From IMG/VR virus record IMGVR_UViG_3300025889_009691, positions 1 to 64,000 of that record: 64,000 nucleotides of DNA; one strand, written 5' to 3'. Positions 1 through 8,372 of this stretch are shown in pieces (within the stretch, counting starts at the first letter, position 1; each line of letters begins with the position of its first letter). The notes beneath the pieces were generated by a model. The model was not told the DNA's origin. It worked only from the letters and a program-made list of their open reading frames with translations, and ran no database searches. This stretch comes from a virus. The translations under genes and the position numbers were made by a program.

Positions 1-544
1 AGAAGAAAAAGCCGCTGAAACTAAAGTGGAGTTTGAGGAACTCGGTATTGATACTCAAGGCGTTGAATTGCTTGAGGTTGATGAAGCAGAAGTCAAAGTT
101 GTGGAACAACTAGACGAGCTTGATGAGGAACTTGCGGAAGATTTCTTGAATGTCGTTGACGGTGAAATCACCACGGAAGAAATCAAAAGCCTTGTGACTG
201 ACGAAAACTTTGACAACATCTCTGACGATGCCAAAGTTGTTCTCGTCGCTGCCGTTAACGAAGCGGACGACGAAGTTAAGGCAGAGTTTGAAGAGACTGT
301 AGATATCTTTGACGACGAGGCTTTCAATGAATACATCGCTGAGGGTTCTGTGGTTGATACAGAAACTCGTCGTACTGTTGTTGCTGCCGCCGCAGCCGTG
401 ACTGTAGCCACTGCTGCGACATCTGCTGGTCCTGCCGGTGGCGGCGGTGGCGGTCCTTCCGGTGGTGGCGGAGGAGGAGGCCCCGGAGGCGACTCCGGTG
501 GAGGTAAAGGTAAAAAGGGTAATTCTAGAAGAAGGTCTCGGTGA
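1..544 (+). CDS. C-terminal part of an acidic protein with a hydrophobic/Gly-rich/basic tail (5' end truncated by the window)
   Basis: Frame is open from the window start. D/E-rich body, then RRTVVAAAAAVTVA, a poly-Gly stretch and a K/R-rich end. Confidence 0.7.
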   Translation, partial: EEKAAETKVEFEELGIDTQGVELLEVDEAEVKVVEQLDELDEELAEDFLNVVDGEITTEEIKSLVTDENFDNISDDAKVVLVAAVNEADDEVKAEFEETVDIFDDEAFNEYIAEGSVVDTETRRTVVAAAAAVTVATAATSAGPAGGGGGGPSGGGGGGGPGGDSGGGKGKKGNSRRRSR

Positions 545-555
545 AAGGAGGCACC

Positions 556-777
556 ATGAAAAAAATAATCAAACTAGCAGTAGGGGCCGTCCGTCGTATG
601 GGTAGAGAAATGCTTTACCTCGGATGGACATTAGCAGGTACAGGGTTGGTGTTGATCACCTTGTCATCGACCACGTTACGTCAGGGAATATATATTTCTC
701 TTGCGGGTCTTGCACTGCATCTAATGGGTACTGTATTAGACTATGTAGATGATGAGAGAGAAAATGAAAGCAACTAA
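556..777 (+). CDS. small membrane protein (2 TM)
   Basis: AAGGAGG before ATG 556; two hydrophobic segments (WTLAGTGLVLITL; IYISLAGLALHLMG). Confidence 0.7.
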   Translation: MKKIIKLAVGAVRRMGREMLYLGWTLAGTGLVLITLSSTTLRQGIYISLAGLALHLMGTVLDYVDDERENESN

Positions 778-1018
778 TCAACTTGTGTGGAACACCTTGG
801 GCCGCATTGCGGCGGTGTTTGCAATGAATGCTATGGCTATTGTTGGTAGCTCTAGTCTTATTGGTGGTATTGATCCGTGGAAGGCTGCCGTTTTGGCAGG
901 TGCTACCTCTGCTGCGACTGTTATTCAGAAGCTCGCCGCAGCGTATGCTGATGACGGAAAGATCACTGCCGATGAGATTGACGCTGCATTTAGCATGACC
1001 CAGCCCAAGAAAAGTTAA
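764..1018 (+). CDS. holin-like membrane protein
   Basis: Two hydrophobic helices and a C-terminal DDGKITADEIDAAF motif; lies in a cluster of small membrane genes. Confidence 0.55.
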   Translation: MKATNQLVWNTLGRIAAVFAMNAMAIVGSSSLIGGIDPWKAAVLAGATSAATVIQKLAAAYADDGKITADEIDAAFSMTQPKKS

Positions 1019-1121
1019 CTAAAGTTTCTATAAAGGTTCTTTTGGGGGCATGACGACTGTATGGTACAATATTTAAGAGGCAAATAGCCTTTTAAGTATC
1101 CCCTAACAAGGAGAATTGTAA

Positions 1122-1319
1122 ATGGATATGAACATGTACAAGCAGGTTGCTGAACGTGCTGCTATGACATTCATTCAGGCTTTCGCTGCGATGTTTGTTG
1201 TTACGGATATGTCATCAGCCAAGGGTGCTGCTGCCGCTGGCCTAGCTGCTGCCCTTTCAGTACTGAAGTCATTTGCCGCCACCAAAGTTGGCGACAAGTC
1301 ATCCGCTTCACTCGTCTAA
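1122..1319 (+). CDS. putative holin (r1t-like)
   Basis: AERAAMTFIQAF...AAALSVLKSFA pattern typical of r1t-type holins; strong SD AAGGAG. Confidence 0.7.
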   Translation: MDMNMYKQVAERAAMTFIQAFAAMFVVTDMSSAKGAAAAGLAAALSVLKSFAATKVGDKSSASLV

Positions 1320-1336
1320 GTTGTGTTAAGCATCGC

Positions 1337-1366
1337 TTGATCCAACTACAAGCGATACTGTAAACT
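1337..1366 (+). promoter_or_regulatory. sigma70/sigmaA-like promoter for the small RNA candidate
   Basis: TTGATC-18 nt-TAAACT, overlapped by inverted repeat ATCGCTTG/CAAGCGAT (1332-1356). Confidence 0.5.
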
Positions 1367-1371
1367 AAGAC

Positions 1372-1457
1372 TGTTGGGGGATGGCCTTTTGCTCCTTTTG
1401 TGTCAACCCACTAACAAGAAGACCCCCGGTCACGATTGTGACTGGGGGTTTTTCTTT
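1372..1457 (+). ncRNA. candidate small RNA: stem-loop with anti-SD loop (CUCCUU) plus intrinsic terminator
   Basis: Stem 1372-1385/1402-1416 with G-U pairs; loop CTTTTGCTCCTTTTGT; GC-rich terminator hairpin follows. Confidence 0.5.
1416..1457. terminator. intrinsic terminator, probably bidirectional
   Basis: AAGAAGACCCCCGGTCAC-GATT-GTGACTGGGGGTTTTTCTT between convergent transcription units. Confidence 0.8.
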
Positions 1458-1735
1458 GCCCTACGACGCTTAGTAGGAATGTGCTTCAGTCTATCAGGAG
1501 TAATCGATCTCCACTGGCCGTGGCCATGTGAGCCACCCCACAGGTCAATCCATTCACTAGCAGGCGTTAGGTTAGTGTTTACAACGTGGCGTTTGAAAAC
1601 AAACGTTCCACGCTCGCCTTTGATCTTGCACACATCGCCCTTGCCAAGTGTGATCTGACTAGAGATTTGATACTCTTCGCTAATGACCCATCCTTGAGGA
1701 GGGCCGACAGGTTGTTTACTTTTTTTCAAAGCCAT
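1430..1735 (-). CDS. hypothetical phage protein (basic, possible SH3-like beta fold)
   Basis: 101-aa ORF with SD AAGGAG; GDVCKIKGERGTFVF...EWIDLWGG pattern. Confidence 0.65.
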   Translation of the reverse strand: MALKKSKQPVGPPQGWVISEEYQISSQITLGKGDVCKIKGERGTFVFKRHVVNTNLTPASEWIDLWGGSHGHGQWRSITPDRLKHIPTKRRRAKKNPQSQS

Positions 1736-1784
1736 ATGCTTCTCCTTCTTTGCTCAGCAAGGATACTACATATGGTAGCGTTTG

Positions 1785-2759
1785 TCAAATTGTTGCGTAG
1801 ATGGTATCTGCGATTGTCTCTCGGATTTGCTCGTTTTCATCCAAGAAAGCTTTGGTATTGGCACGGCCCTGTCCAATGTTCTCGCCTTTGTAGGCGTACC
1901 ATGCGCCCTTCTTGTCAAGGATACCCATCTCAGCAGCAATGTCCACGATGTCTCCGGTACGGCTGATTCCTTCACCGTATGCAATTTCAAACTCTGCCTG
2001 ACGGAAAGGAGGAGCACACTTGTTCTTGACAACCTTGACTCGTGTCTTATTGCCAGATGCTTCGCCACCGTCCTTCAGCGTTTCGATACGACGAATGTCC
2101 ATCCGAACTGACGCATAGAACTTGAGTGCCTTGCCGCCAGTGGTTACTTCAGGAGAACCGAACATGACACCAATTTTTTCACGCAACTGGTTAATCATGA
2201 TAAGGGTTGTCTTAGAGTGATTAAGGTTAGCTACAATCTTTCGCATCGCCTGCGACATCAGACGAGCGTGCAGGCCAACGTGGCTGTCTCCCATTTCGCC
2301 TTCAATCTCGGCACGAGGAGTGAGCGCAGCAACTGAGTCTACAACTACTACGTCTAGAGCGCCTGATTCAATCAGCTTGTTAGTAATGGTCAGGGCTTGC
2401 TCACCTGTGTCTGGCTGTGCAACCAAAAGATTGTCAATGTCGCATCCGATTGCTTTAGCATACACAGGGTCTAGGGCGTGCTCCGCATCAATGAATGCAC
2501 ACTTGCCACCTTTCTTTTGGGCTTCTGCAATCACATGCAGGGCAATGGTTGTCTTGCCAGAAGACTCAGGTCCGTAGATTTCGGTGACTCGTCCACGAGG
2601 AACACCTCCAACCCCTAGCGCCAAGTCAAGAGCGATAGAGCCGGTTGAAATCGTTTCAATTTGCATTGAAGCAGCGTCGCCTAGACGCATGATGCTTCCA
2701 GCGCCAAACTGCTTTTCAATTTGTCCTAGAGCATCTTCGAGAAGTTTATCTTTATCCAT
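1785..2759 (-). CDS. recA: RecA recombinase
   Basis: [23 protein letters not shown], Walker [40 protein letters not shown]. Confidence 0.98.
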   Translation of the reverse strand: MDKDKLLEDALGQIEKQFGAGSIMRLGDAASMQIETISTGSIALDLALGVGGVPRGRVTEIYGPESSGKTTIALHVIAEAQKKGGKCAFIDAEHALDPVYAKAIGCDIDNLLVAQPDTGEQALTITNKLIESGALDVVVVDSVAALTPRAEIEGEMGDSHVGLHARLMSQAMRKIVANLNHSKTTLIMINQLREKIGVMFGSPEVTTGGKALKFYASVRMDIRRIETLKDGGEASGNKTRVKVVKNKCAPPFRQAEFEIAYGEGISRTGDIVDIAAEMGILDKKGAWYAYKGENIGQGRANTKAFLDENEQIRETIADTIYATI

Positions 2760-2765
2760 GTTTGT

Positions 2766-2809
2766 ATTCTACGGTTTAGGTGGAACGAAGTCAAGTGAGC
2801 GGATAGAAT
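2766..2809. promoter_or_regulatory. divergent promoters with leaderless starts (recA and ORF 2816)
   Basis: Minus strand: TTGACT-17-TAGAAT-acaaac-ATG. Plus strand: TAGAAT-aaacct-ATG. Confidence 0.7.
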
Positions 2810-2815
2810 AAACCT

Positions 2816-3169
2816 ATGAGTAAACGAGGCCCTAAGCGTACTGTCACTAACGCCGTGAAATTTGGCGAATACGGTAATACTATTTGGCATGTTGAGCTTG
2901 AGTGCTCTCACACAGTAGAGACTAAGCGCAAGCCTAAAGTTAATGAAGATAGACTTTGCTGTAAAGTTTGTGTTGCTCCGCCACCCCCTGCTGTCGTGGA
3001 CCCATTTGCGGATGTAGCGCCTTGGGTTGATTATGATCCGATGGATGAGCTGAAGATTAAAGCAACTTTGGCTTCTAAGGTTGGGGTCCCGCTAGACCAA
3101 GTTGAACTTGTAAACGGTACAGCGACAGTGTTTCTTGATGCACAACAACTAAGGAATATTTCAACATGA
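2816..3169 (+). CDS. hypothetical protein, possible Zn-binding N-terminus
   Basis: LECSH...LCCKVC motif; leaderless start; ATGA overlap with the next gene. Confidence 0.6.
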   Translation: MSKRGPKRTVTNAVKFGEYGNTIWHVELECSHTVETKRKPKVNEDRLCCKVCVAPPPPAVVDPFADVAPWVDYDPMDELKIKATLASKVGVPLDQVELVNGTATVFLDAQQLRNIST

Positions 3170-3888
3170 CGGATTTTTTGACAGTTGAAGAAGACGAAGA
3201 CTTTGCAACTTGGGAGCGTTTCAGAGATGCACCTGAAGTTCGTTGGGTGTTCAATAAGTTAGAAGTTGCGTTACATCAAGGATTAGAAGCAGGACCCGCT
3301 GGCTGCGCTCCACAATATGAAGGCTTTTACATTCACCGACCCGTCTACAACCTTTTTGGTATGGGCATTGGTGCAACGAAGTTTTTGTATCTTTCCCAAA
3401 TGGAAGAAGACTTTTTAAACAATGCCGTGGTCCCTCCCGGTAGTTTTTGGTGCGAGTGGCTAGATGGCCCACACCTTTCTATTGACTTTCAAAAAGATTC
3501 TGAAGGTGGCTGGCATACCGTATCAGCATGGGAAGGGTTTCATTCAAGCGACGAGAACTTGACTAGGTTTAGTCATTGGGAAAGACTACCTGAAACAGAT
3601 GTTTCTGATATTCATGAGTGCTCCCATTTTATCAACCTTGTTGACTTACCTGTCAACGGTATCAACATCGAAACTCGGTCAGGGTTTATTACTGAAATTC
3701 ATTTACGTCACGGTAATGATCCATTTGAGGACCTTCCTGTCGGTACACGCATTACGCCCGTTTGGCAAGACATGGACATTCCTGCAGGCGGTGTTTTCAT
3801 GCCGAACCTACACGAAGACCTAGAGAAGTACTCGGCCCACGGTCACCTGTCTGACGTTCGTCGTGGGTTTGTTATAGACGTACCTTAA
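3166..3888 (+). CDS. ATP-grasp-like protein
   Basis: RPVYNLFGMGIGA, FWCEWLDGPHLSIDF and INIE...ITEIHLR resemble ATP-grasp motifs. Confidence 0.5.
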   Translation: MTDFLTVEEDEDFATWERFRDAPEVRWVFNKLEVALHQGLEAGPAGCAPQYEGFYIHRPVYNLFGMGIGATKFLYLSQMEEDFLNNAVVPPGSFWCEWLDGPHLSIDFQKDSEGGWHTVSAWEGFHSSDENLTRFSHWERLPETDVSDIHECSHFINLVDLPVNGINIETRSGFITEIHLRHGNDPFEDLPVGTRITPVWQDMDIPAGGVFMPNLHEDLEKYSAHGHLSDVRRGFVIDVP

Positions 3889-3897
3889 AAAATAAAT

Positions 3898-4230
3898 CTA
3901 GGCTATTAGCAGAAGATAAAGCACTATTTGTAAATAGTGGAGTGCTTGGTCAGGGTAAACATGCCAGTAAGGTTTGGGCTTTCCAGTTTTCCACGGAAGA
4001 AACTGGTAGAAGAATGCGTCTGTTAGCCAGTGCCCTACAGCAAAGTACGCAAATATCCAAGGCGTGACTGTATCTCCCAACCAATACAGGGTAGCGCATA
4101 CAACTCCTGTGTATACCATAACGTGTTCAAAAATTGCAAACAGTCGCTTTGACTTTAACTTTATCAACCAGTCTGGTTGAAGCGCAACATCGGCAAAATG
4201 ATGTGCCGCTAGTAACCATATTAGTCGCAT
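3898..4230 (-). CDS. DUF3307-like membrane protein
   Basis: AHHFADVALQ...EH...GHWLTD...DQALH conserved His/Asp pattern with hydrophobic helices. Confidence 0.75.
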   Translation of the reverse strand: MRLIWLLAAHHFADVALQPDWLIKLKSKRLFAIFEHVMVYTGVVCATLYWLGDTVTPWIFAYFAVGHWLTDAFFYQFLPWKTGKPKPYWHVYPDQALHYLQIVLYLLLIA

Positions 4231-4640
4231 AGTAGTTCATTTCTTATCTGAGTGCTGCTAATTCCTGCTGTGTACTCCGTAAATTCAATAGGTATTCCTA
4301 GTTCAAGAATTGTTTCTTTTCCTGGGAAATCATAGTTGTCATTCCCTCGAATGAAAATAAACTCGTGGTCTGGATAGGCATCAAAAGCTTCTTTGAAAGA
4401 TGCGCTTGGGTCATCTGTGTAGGTGACAAGTACATTGTCAACCAAACCCGTTATTTTTAGGTTGTTCTTTCTGTGATCTAGTGTTTGGATTGGTATTTTG
4501 CCTTTAATGCTCCAACAAGATTCGTCGGAGTGTAAAACTACAACTACAACATCAGCACTAGCTTTCATGTGCTTTAAAAGTTTGATGTGTCCCTCATGAC
4601 ACAAGTCCATTATTGCTGCAGTGAGTGCTACTTTAGCCAT
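4221..4640 (-). CDS. cytidylyltransferase (TagD/glycerol-3-phosphate CTase-like)
   Basis: DLCHEGH (HxGH), VLHSDE, C-terminal YTAGISSTQIR. Confidence 0.88.
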   Translation of the reverse strand: MAKVALTAAIMDLCHEGHIKLLKHMKASADVVVVVLHSDESCWSIKGKIPIQTLDHRKNNLKITGLVDNVLVTYTDDPSASFKEAFDAYPDHEFIFIRGNDNYDFPGKETILELGIPIEFTEYTAGISSTQIRNELLCD

Positions 4641-5161
4641 TTAGTCTTGCCTCCTCTTTGAGGGATGCGCCACGTGTCATACCAATCAGTTAAATAACCA
4701 TCAATATCGTTAGGCACGCTAAATTCGTGACCTAAATAATTTTTGGTTGATAGGGGAGAGACTAGGTGCTTTGGTCTGATTAGATGACCGTCTTCTTTAA
4801 TATTTATTAAAAGTTCAGTATCTGTTGGGTGCGGCCACCAATGAAGCACGTCAAAAACTATGTTTGTGTCCTTATGTACATACGCTGCTTGCATCGGCCT
4901 GTCGCCATCACTGACAACTCTTCCTGCAAAGAACTCTTCTTCTGGTAGTCGTGCTTTATCCCAGTAACCCATAACAGCAATGTCTAGATCGGTGTCATGG
5001 GGAATGAACTCGTTGTCTCTTTCTAGCCCCAGCAACGTTCCTGCAGACAGCCAGTAGTCATCTAAAAACTCAAGTCCACGAAGCAAAACTTCCATGACTG
5101 GCTTGCCCTTTAGGGGCTGTAAAGTGTGTTGTTGCCATTCTAGTTTGATGTTTTCATACAT
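4628..5161 (-). CDS. LicD-family phosphotransferase
   Basis: YWLSAGTLLGLERDNEFIPHDTDLDIA signature; C-terminal PNDIDGYL...W. Confidence 0.88.
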   Translation of the reverse strand: MYENIKLEWQQHTLQPLKGKPVMEVLLRGLEFLDDYWLSAGTLLGLERDNEFIPHDTDLDIAVMGYWDKARLPEEEFFAGRVVSDGDRPMQAAYVHKDTNIVFDVLHWWPHPTDTELLINIKEDGHLIRPKHLVSPLSTKNYLGHEFSVPNDIDGYLTDWYDTWRIPQRGGKTKWLK

Positions 5162-5174
5162 GCGTTTATCCTAC

Positions 5175-5616
5175 TCGTTTTTGGCAGCGTTTTCCCTCCC
5201 TTTCGTGTGGTAGTTGACGCTAACGCACGAGAGGCTGGGACGAACCCAATTGGTTTATTCAAGGCTGTTCACTTCATGGACCCCAAGCACCGCCTATCTT
5301 TTTCAGCGATGCCCACTCTCCCTAGATATGGCTCTAGTAGCCCGTGTGCCGGAACCGCATGGGCGTTTGCTTGTTCCGAACCTGTTCCTCAAGGCTTGAT
5401 GTTCTCCGTGCAGTGACTGGCATCTCGTCAAGGATGTGTGTCCAGTTTATCGTGCGATTCAGATCGTTCCTCTTTGGGCAGGCGTGCCCTCTTGTTTCTT
5501 AAGTGTTAGTACCAGTTGCGTAACGAGTGTAACCCACCGGTCCTTCAGTGAACGTTTATGTCATCGGGATTACCCGGCTGCAGTCTTGTGGCAGTGTGCT
5601 CCTTGTGTAGTAGTTT
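5175..5616 (-). ncRNA. candidate ~450-nt structured non-coding RNA
   Basis: No credible ORF; upstream promoter; long-range helix 5267-5282/5539-5553 and several local stems with minus-strand G-U pairs. Confidence 0.5.
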
Positions 5617-5622
5617 GTGAGT

Positions 5623-5651
5623 ATGCTACTGGCTTCGACGGCGCAGGTCAA
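5623..5651 (-). promoter_or_regulatory. sigma70-like promoter firing into the non-coding region
   Basis: TTGACC-17-TAGCAT on the minus strand. Confidence 0.65.
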
Positions 5652-5729
5652 GGGGTAGGTTTTGGCTTGTCTCCTTGACGGGTGACAGGTATGATATTAC
5701 ACGTATGTTGTTTATAATTAAGGAGATTT

Positions 5730-5954
5730 ATGATTAAACTTTCTAGCCCTGAGTGGTTTGAGAGTGCGCCGTGTCGGGGTAATGACCGAACGTTTTTTTC
5801 GAGCAAGCCGTCGCAACGCAAGAGCGCCGTTAAGGTTTGTGCAGGTTGTACCGCTTCTGCTAAGTGCTTAGATTTTGCAGTCACGAATAAAATCACGATT
5901 GGTGTGTGGGGTGGTAAGACCGGGCCAGAGTTGGACAGGTTAGTTAATTCATGA
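5730..5954 (+). CDS. whiB: WhiB-family transcription factor
   Basis: W...APC...FF...VCAGC...C, GVWGG; SD AAGGAG. Confidence 0.93.
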   Translation: MIKLSSPEWFESAPCRGNDRTFFSSKPSQRKSAVKVCAGCTASAKCLDFAVTNKITIGVWGGKTGPELDRLVNS

Positions 5955-6343
5955 TTTATGATTGGGCTGATGAGTTTGACAGTGATGTGTTAGCAGTTGT
6001 TAAACGTGGGCAGATTGAGGTCACGTTCTTGACTGCTCCACGTGGTGCTATTAATGATAAAGACTACGATCTGGTAATGTGGAAAAAGAAAGAGATGCAG
6101 ATTGTTGTGGCGCAAGAGTATTTAGATGACTATGTGGATGAAGCGATTGCTTCTGAGATAGCATCCACGGTAAGAGAACGTTATGATTCTGATGAGCCTG
6201 CGGATGTGCGGGAGATGGCGATCAAGTTGTTGGCTAAGGAGCTTGATGCAATATTGAATGATGTTATATTTGTGTACTCAAATGATCCTGATGAGGTCAG
6301 TTTTGAGTCTGCGTTGAAGCGTTTACTAGATGATGAGGCTTGA
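5951..6343 (+). CDS. hypothetical acidic protein
   Basis: 130-aa ORF, ATGA-coupled to whiB. Confidence 0.7.
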   Translation: MIYDWADEFDSDVLAVVKRGQIEVTFLTAPRGAINDKDYDLVMWKKKEMQIVVAQEYLDDYVDEAIASEIASTVRERYDSDEPADVREMAIKLLAKELDAILNDVIFVYSNDPDEVSFESALKRLLDDEA

Positions 6344-6398
6344 CTACTGCAGTTGTTTTGGGTAGTCTATGGTTGATACTATTTATTAAGGAGACATA

Positions 6399-6917
6399 AT
6401 GTCAGTATTAGAAAATCCGACTGCATCTTTGAAGTCAGTTTATACGGCGCTTCGTTCAGTTGAGCGTGACATACTAGAGATGAAAGACACCTCAAATTTG
6501 GATTATGCGTCTGTTGAAGAGACGATGCAGTTGGCGAGTGATATGCATTTGGTTAAGTCGTACACGACTGAGTTGTTTAATGAGCTTCAGTCTATGATTA
6601 CGGAGCAGCTTGGTAATGTTCCTGTTCCTGTTCAAGTTGATGGGGCGACTGTTGAGATTAAGGCAGGTTCACCTCGTAAGACATGGGATCATAAGTCATT
6701 GATTGAAGATGTAAGTAAGCGTATTGTTGACAGCAGTGTCGATATGAGTACCGGTGAAATTGTGAAGACTCCCACGGATATGATTCGTGAGGCGTTGGAG
6801 TTTGCCGGTATTTCGTATTGGAAGGTTTCTAAGTTGAAGGACCTTCATTTGGATGCAGATGATTACTGTGAAGTTGGCGAAGCTAAGAAGAGTCTAGTTA
6901 TTAGGAGAGACAAGTGA
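6399..6917 (+). CDS. hypothetical protein of the recombination module
   Basis: SD AAGGAG; coupled to the Rad52-like gene. Confidence 0.7.
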   Translation: MSVLENPTASLKSVYTALRSVERDILEMKDTSNLDYASVEETMQLASDMHLVKSYTTELFNELQSMITEQLGNVPVPVQVDGATVEIKAGSPRKTWDHKSLIEDVSKRIVDSSVDMSTGEIVKTPTDMIREALEFAGISYWKVSKLKDLHLDADDYCEVGEAKKSLVIRRDK

Positions 6918-7588
6918 GTAATATGTTATCAGCGTTATCAGAGCCTTTTGACCCTTCGGTTGAGAAGCAGCTAAAGAAGGGCGGGGCAAGCCTTACGTAT
7001 ATTCCTGTTAGTGAGGTGATTACTAGATTAAATCGGGTACTAGGTGTGGACATGTGGTCTTACCATATTGTTTCGTGTGCCCGTGATACTTTGGACCCTG
7101 ACTATGTTGTTGCACATGTCCGACTCACTGCTACTTTTGTTCCCACGGATAATGCGCCTGCGCTAACTGTCGTTAAGGACGGTATTGGCGGTCAGAAGAT
7201 TAAGCGCACGAAGAATGGTGACATTGTTGATCTTGGCGACGAGATGAAGGGAGCGGTGTCTGATGCTTTGAAGAAGGCAGCGCAGCACTTCGGTGTCGGT
7301 TTGTATCTTGCTCGTTCTGAAGAGTCAATGAGTTTAGAGTATGCTCAAGAGGTAGCTGAGCAGCCTATTTCAGCGGAGCATTTTGAGAAGTTGCGAGAAG
7401 TACTGAACAGTCAGTCGCAGAGTGTTATGGATGCTTGTCGTGCGCATTGGTCAGAGATTTCTAACAATGCTGAGTTTGCGAATGAGAATATTACTCGTGA
7501 CTTGCTGAAGACTATGTTGGATTTTGTTAAGTCGATGAATGCTGAGAGCAGCGAAACGCAGGCAGGGGCTGACACTGATGCAGGATAG
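6914..7588 (+). CDS. Rad52/Rad22-like (Sak-type) single-strand annealing protein
   Basis: LTYIPVSEVITRLNRVLG...W...KGAVSDALKKAAQHFGVGLYL. Confidence 0.88.
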   Translation: MSNMLSALSEPFDPSVEKQLKKGGASLTYIPVSEVITRLNRVLGVDMWSYHIVSCARDTLDPDYVVAHVRLTATFVPTDNAPALTVVKDGIGGQKIKRTKNGDIVDLGDEMKGAVSDALKKAAQHFGVGLYLARSEESMSLEYAQEVAEQPISAEHFEKLREVLNSQSQSVMDACRAHWSEISNNAEFANENITRDLLKTMLDFVKSMNAESSETQAGADTDAG

Positions 7589-8372
7589 TTTGGATTTAGG
7601 TCCGTTGCCTTATGAGTATCCGAGGTACATGTCGCCTAGTTCTATCAGCACGTTTCAGCAGTGTCCGTTAAAGTTTAAGTTTTCAAAACTAGATAAGCTT
7701 CCATCGGAGTCTACTGAAGCGCAGCATCTGGGTTCGTTTGTTCATGAAGTGTTGGAAGAGTTGTTTAAGCTTCCTGCGGAAGAGCGGACAGAAAAGGCTG
7801 CGAGTCGTTTAGCGAAGAGCTTGTGGGAGTCAAAGTGGGCTGATGAGTACTTTGCTTTGGCTGATCGTGAAGATGATCCTAATGCATTTAAGTGGAAGGC
7901 TTGGTGGTGTATCGAAAACTACTTCGGGATGGAAGACCCCACGAAGTTTGACGCTGAAGGTATTGAAGCCAAGATGGACGGCGACATTGATGGCGTACCC
8001 ATCTTTGGCATCATTGACCGTTACACGATTGAGGACGGTAAGCTAGTAATCTCGGATTACAAGACAGGTAAGAAGCCTCGCAAGCAGTACGAGTGGGAGA
8101 AGAAGATGCAGATTACGATCTATAGCATTCTTCTTAAAGAGATGACAGGTATGGACGTTAAGCGTGCAGAGCTGCTCTACGTTAAATCTGGCCAGTTTGC
8201 ACGTTATGACGTGGACGAAGAGCTTGAGAATGCTGTTCGTGTTGAGGTTCGTAACACATGGGATCAAGTGAAGTCCATGTGTGAGTCGGGTGAGTTTGAA
8301 ACCCGGACTGGCCCTCTTTGCAACTGGTGTGATTATCAGTCTATCTGTCCTGAGTTTGGGGCGAAGCGATGA
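7578..8372 (+). CDS. Cas4/RecB-like PD-(D/E)XK exonuclease with 4-Cys cluster
   Basis: SPSSISTFQQCP, GIIDR, ISDYKTGK, QITIY, C-terminal LCNWCDYQSIC. Confidence 0.9.
   Translation: MQDSLDLGPLPYEYPRYMSPSSISTFQQCPLKFKFSKLDKLPSESTEAQHLGSFVHEVLEELFKLPAEERTEKAASRLAKSLWESKWADEYFALADREDDPNAFKWKAWWCIENYFGMEDPTKFDAEGIEAKMDGDIDGVPIFGIIDRYTIEDGKLVISDYKTGKKPRKQYEWEKKMQITIYSILLKEMTGMDVKRAELLYVKSGQFARYDVDEELENAVRVEVRNTWDQVKSMCESGEFETRTGPLCNWCDYQSICPEFGAKR

Noticed and set aside
1374-1658. ORF 1374-1658 (+), and ORFs 5207-5416, 5214-5399, 5436-5678 (+)
   Set aside because: No SD, atypical composition, and they cross terminators or structured non-coding regions.
5338-5368. Hairpin loosely resembling group II intron domain V
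   Set aside because: Pairing and length fit poorly; no domain VI, splice boundaries or interrupted gene.
7578-8372. Cas4-like gene as part of a CRISPR-Cas system
   Set aside because: No repeat-spacer array or other cas genes seen; its position next to a Rad52-like gene fits phage recombination.
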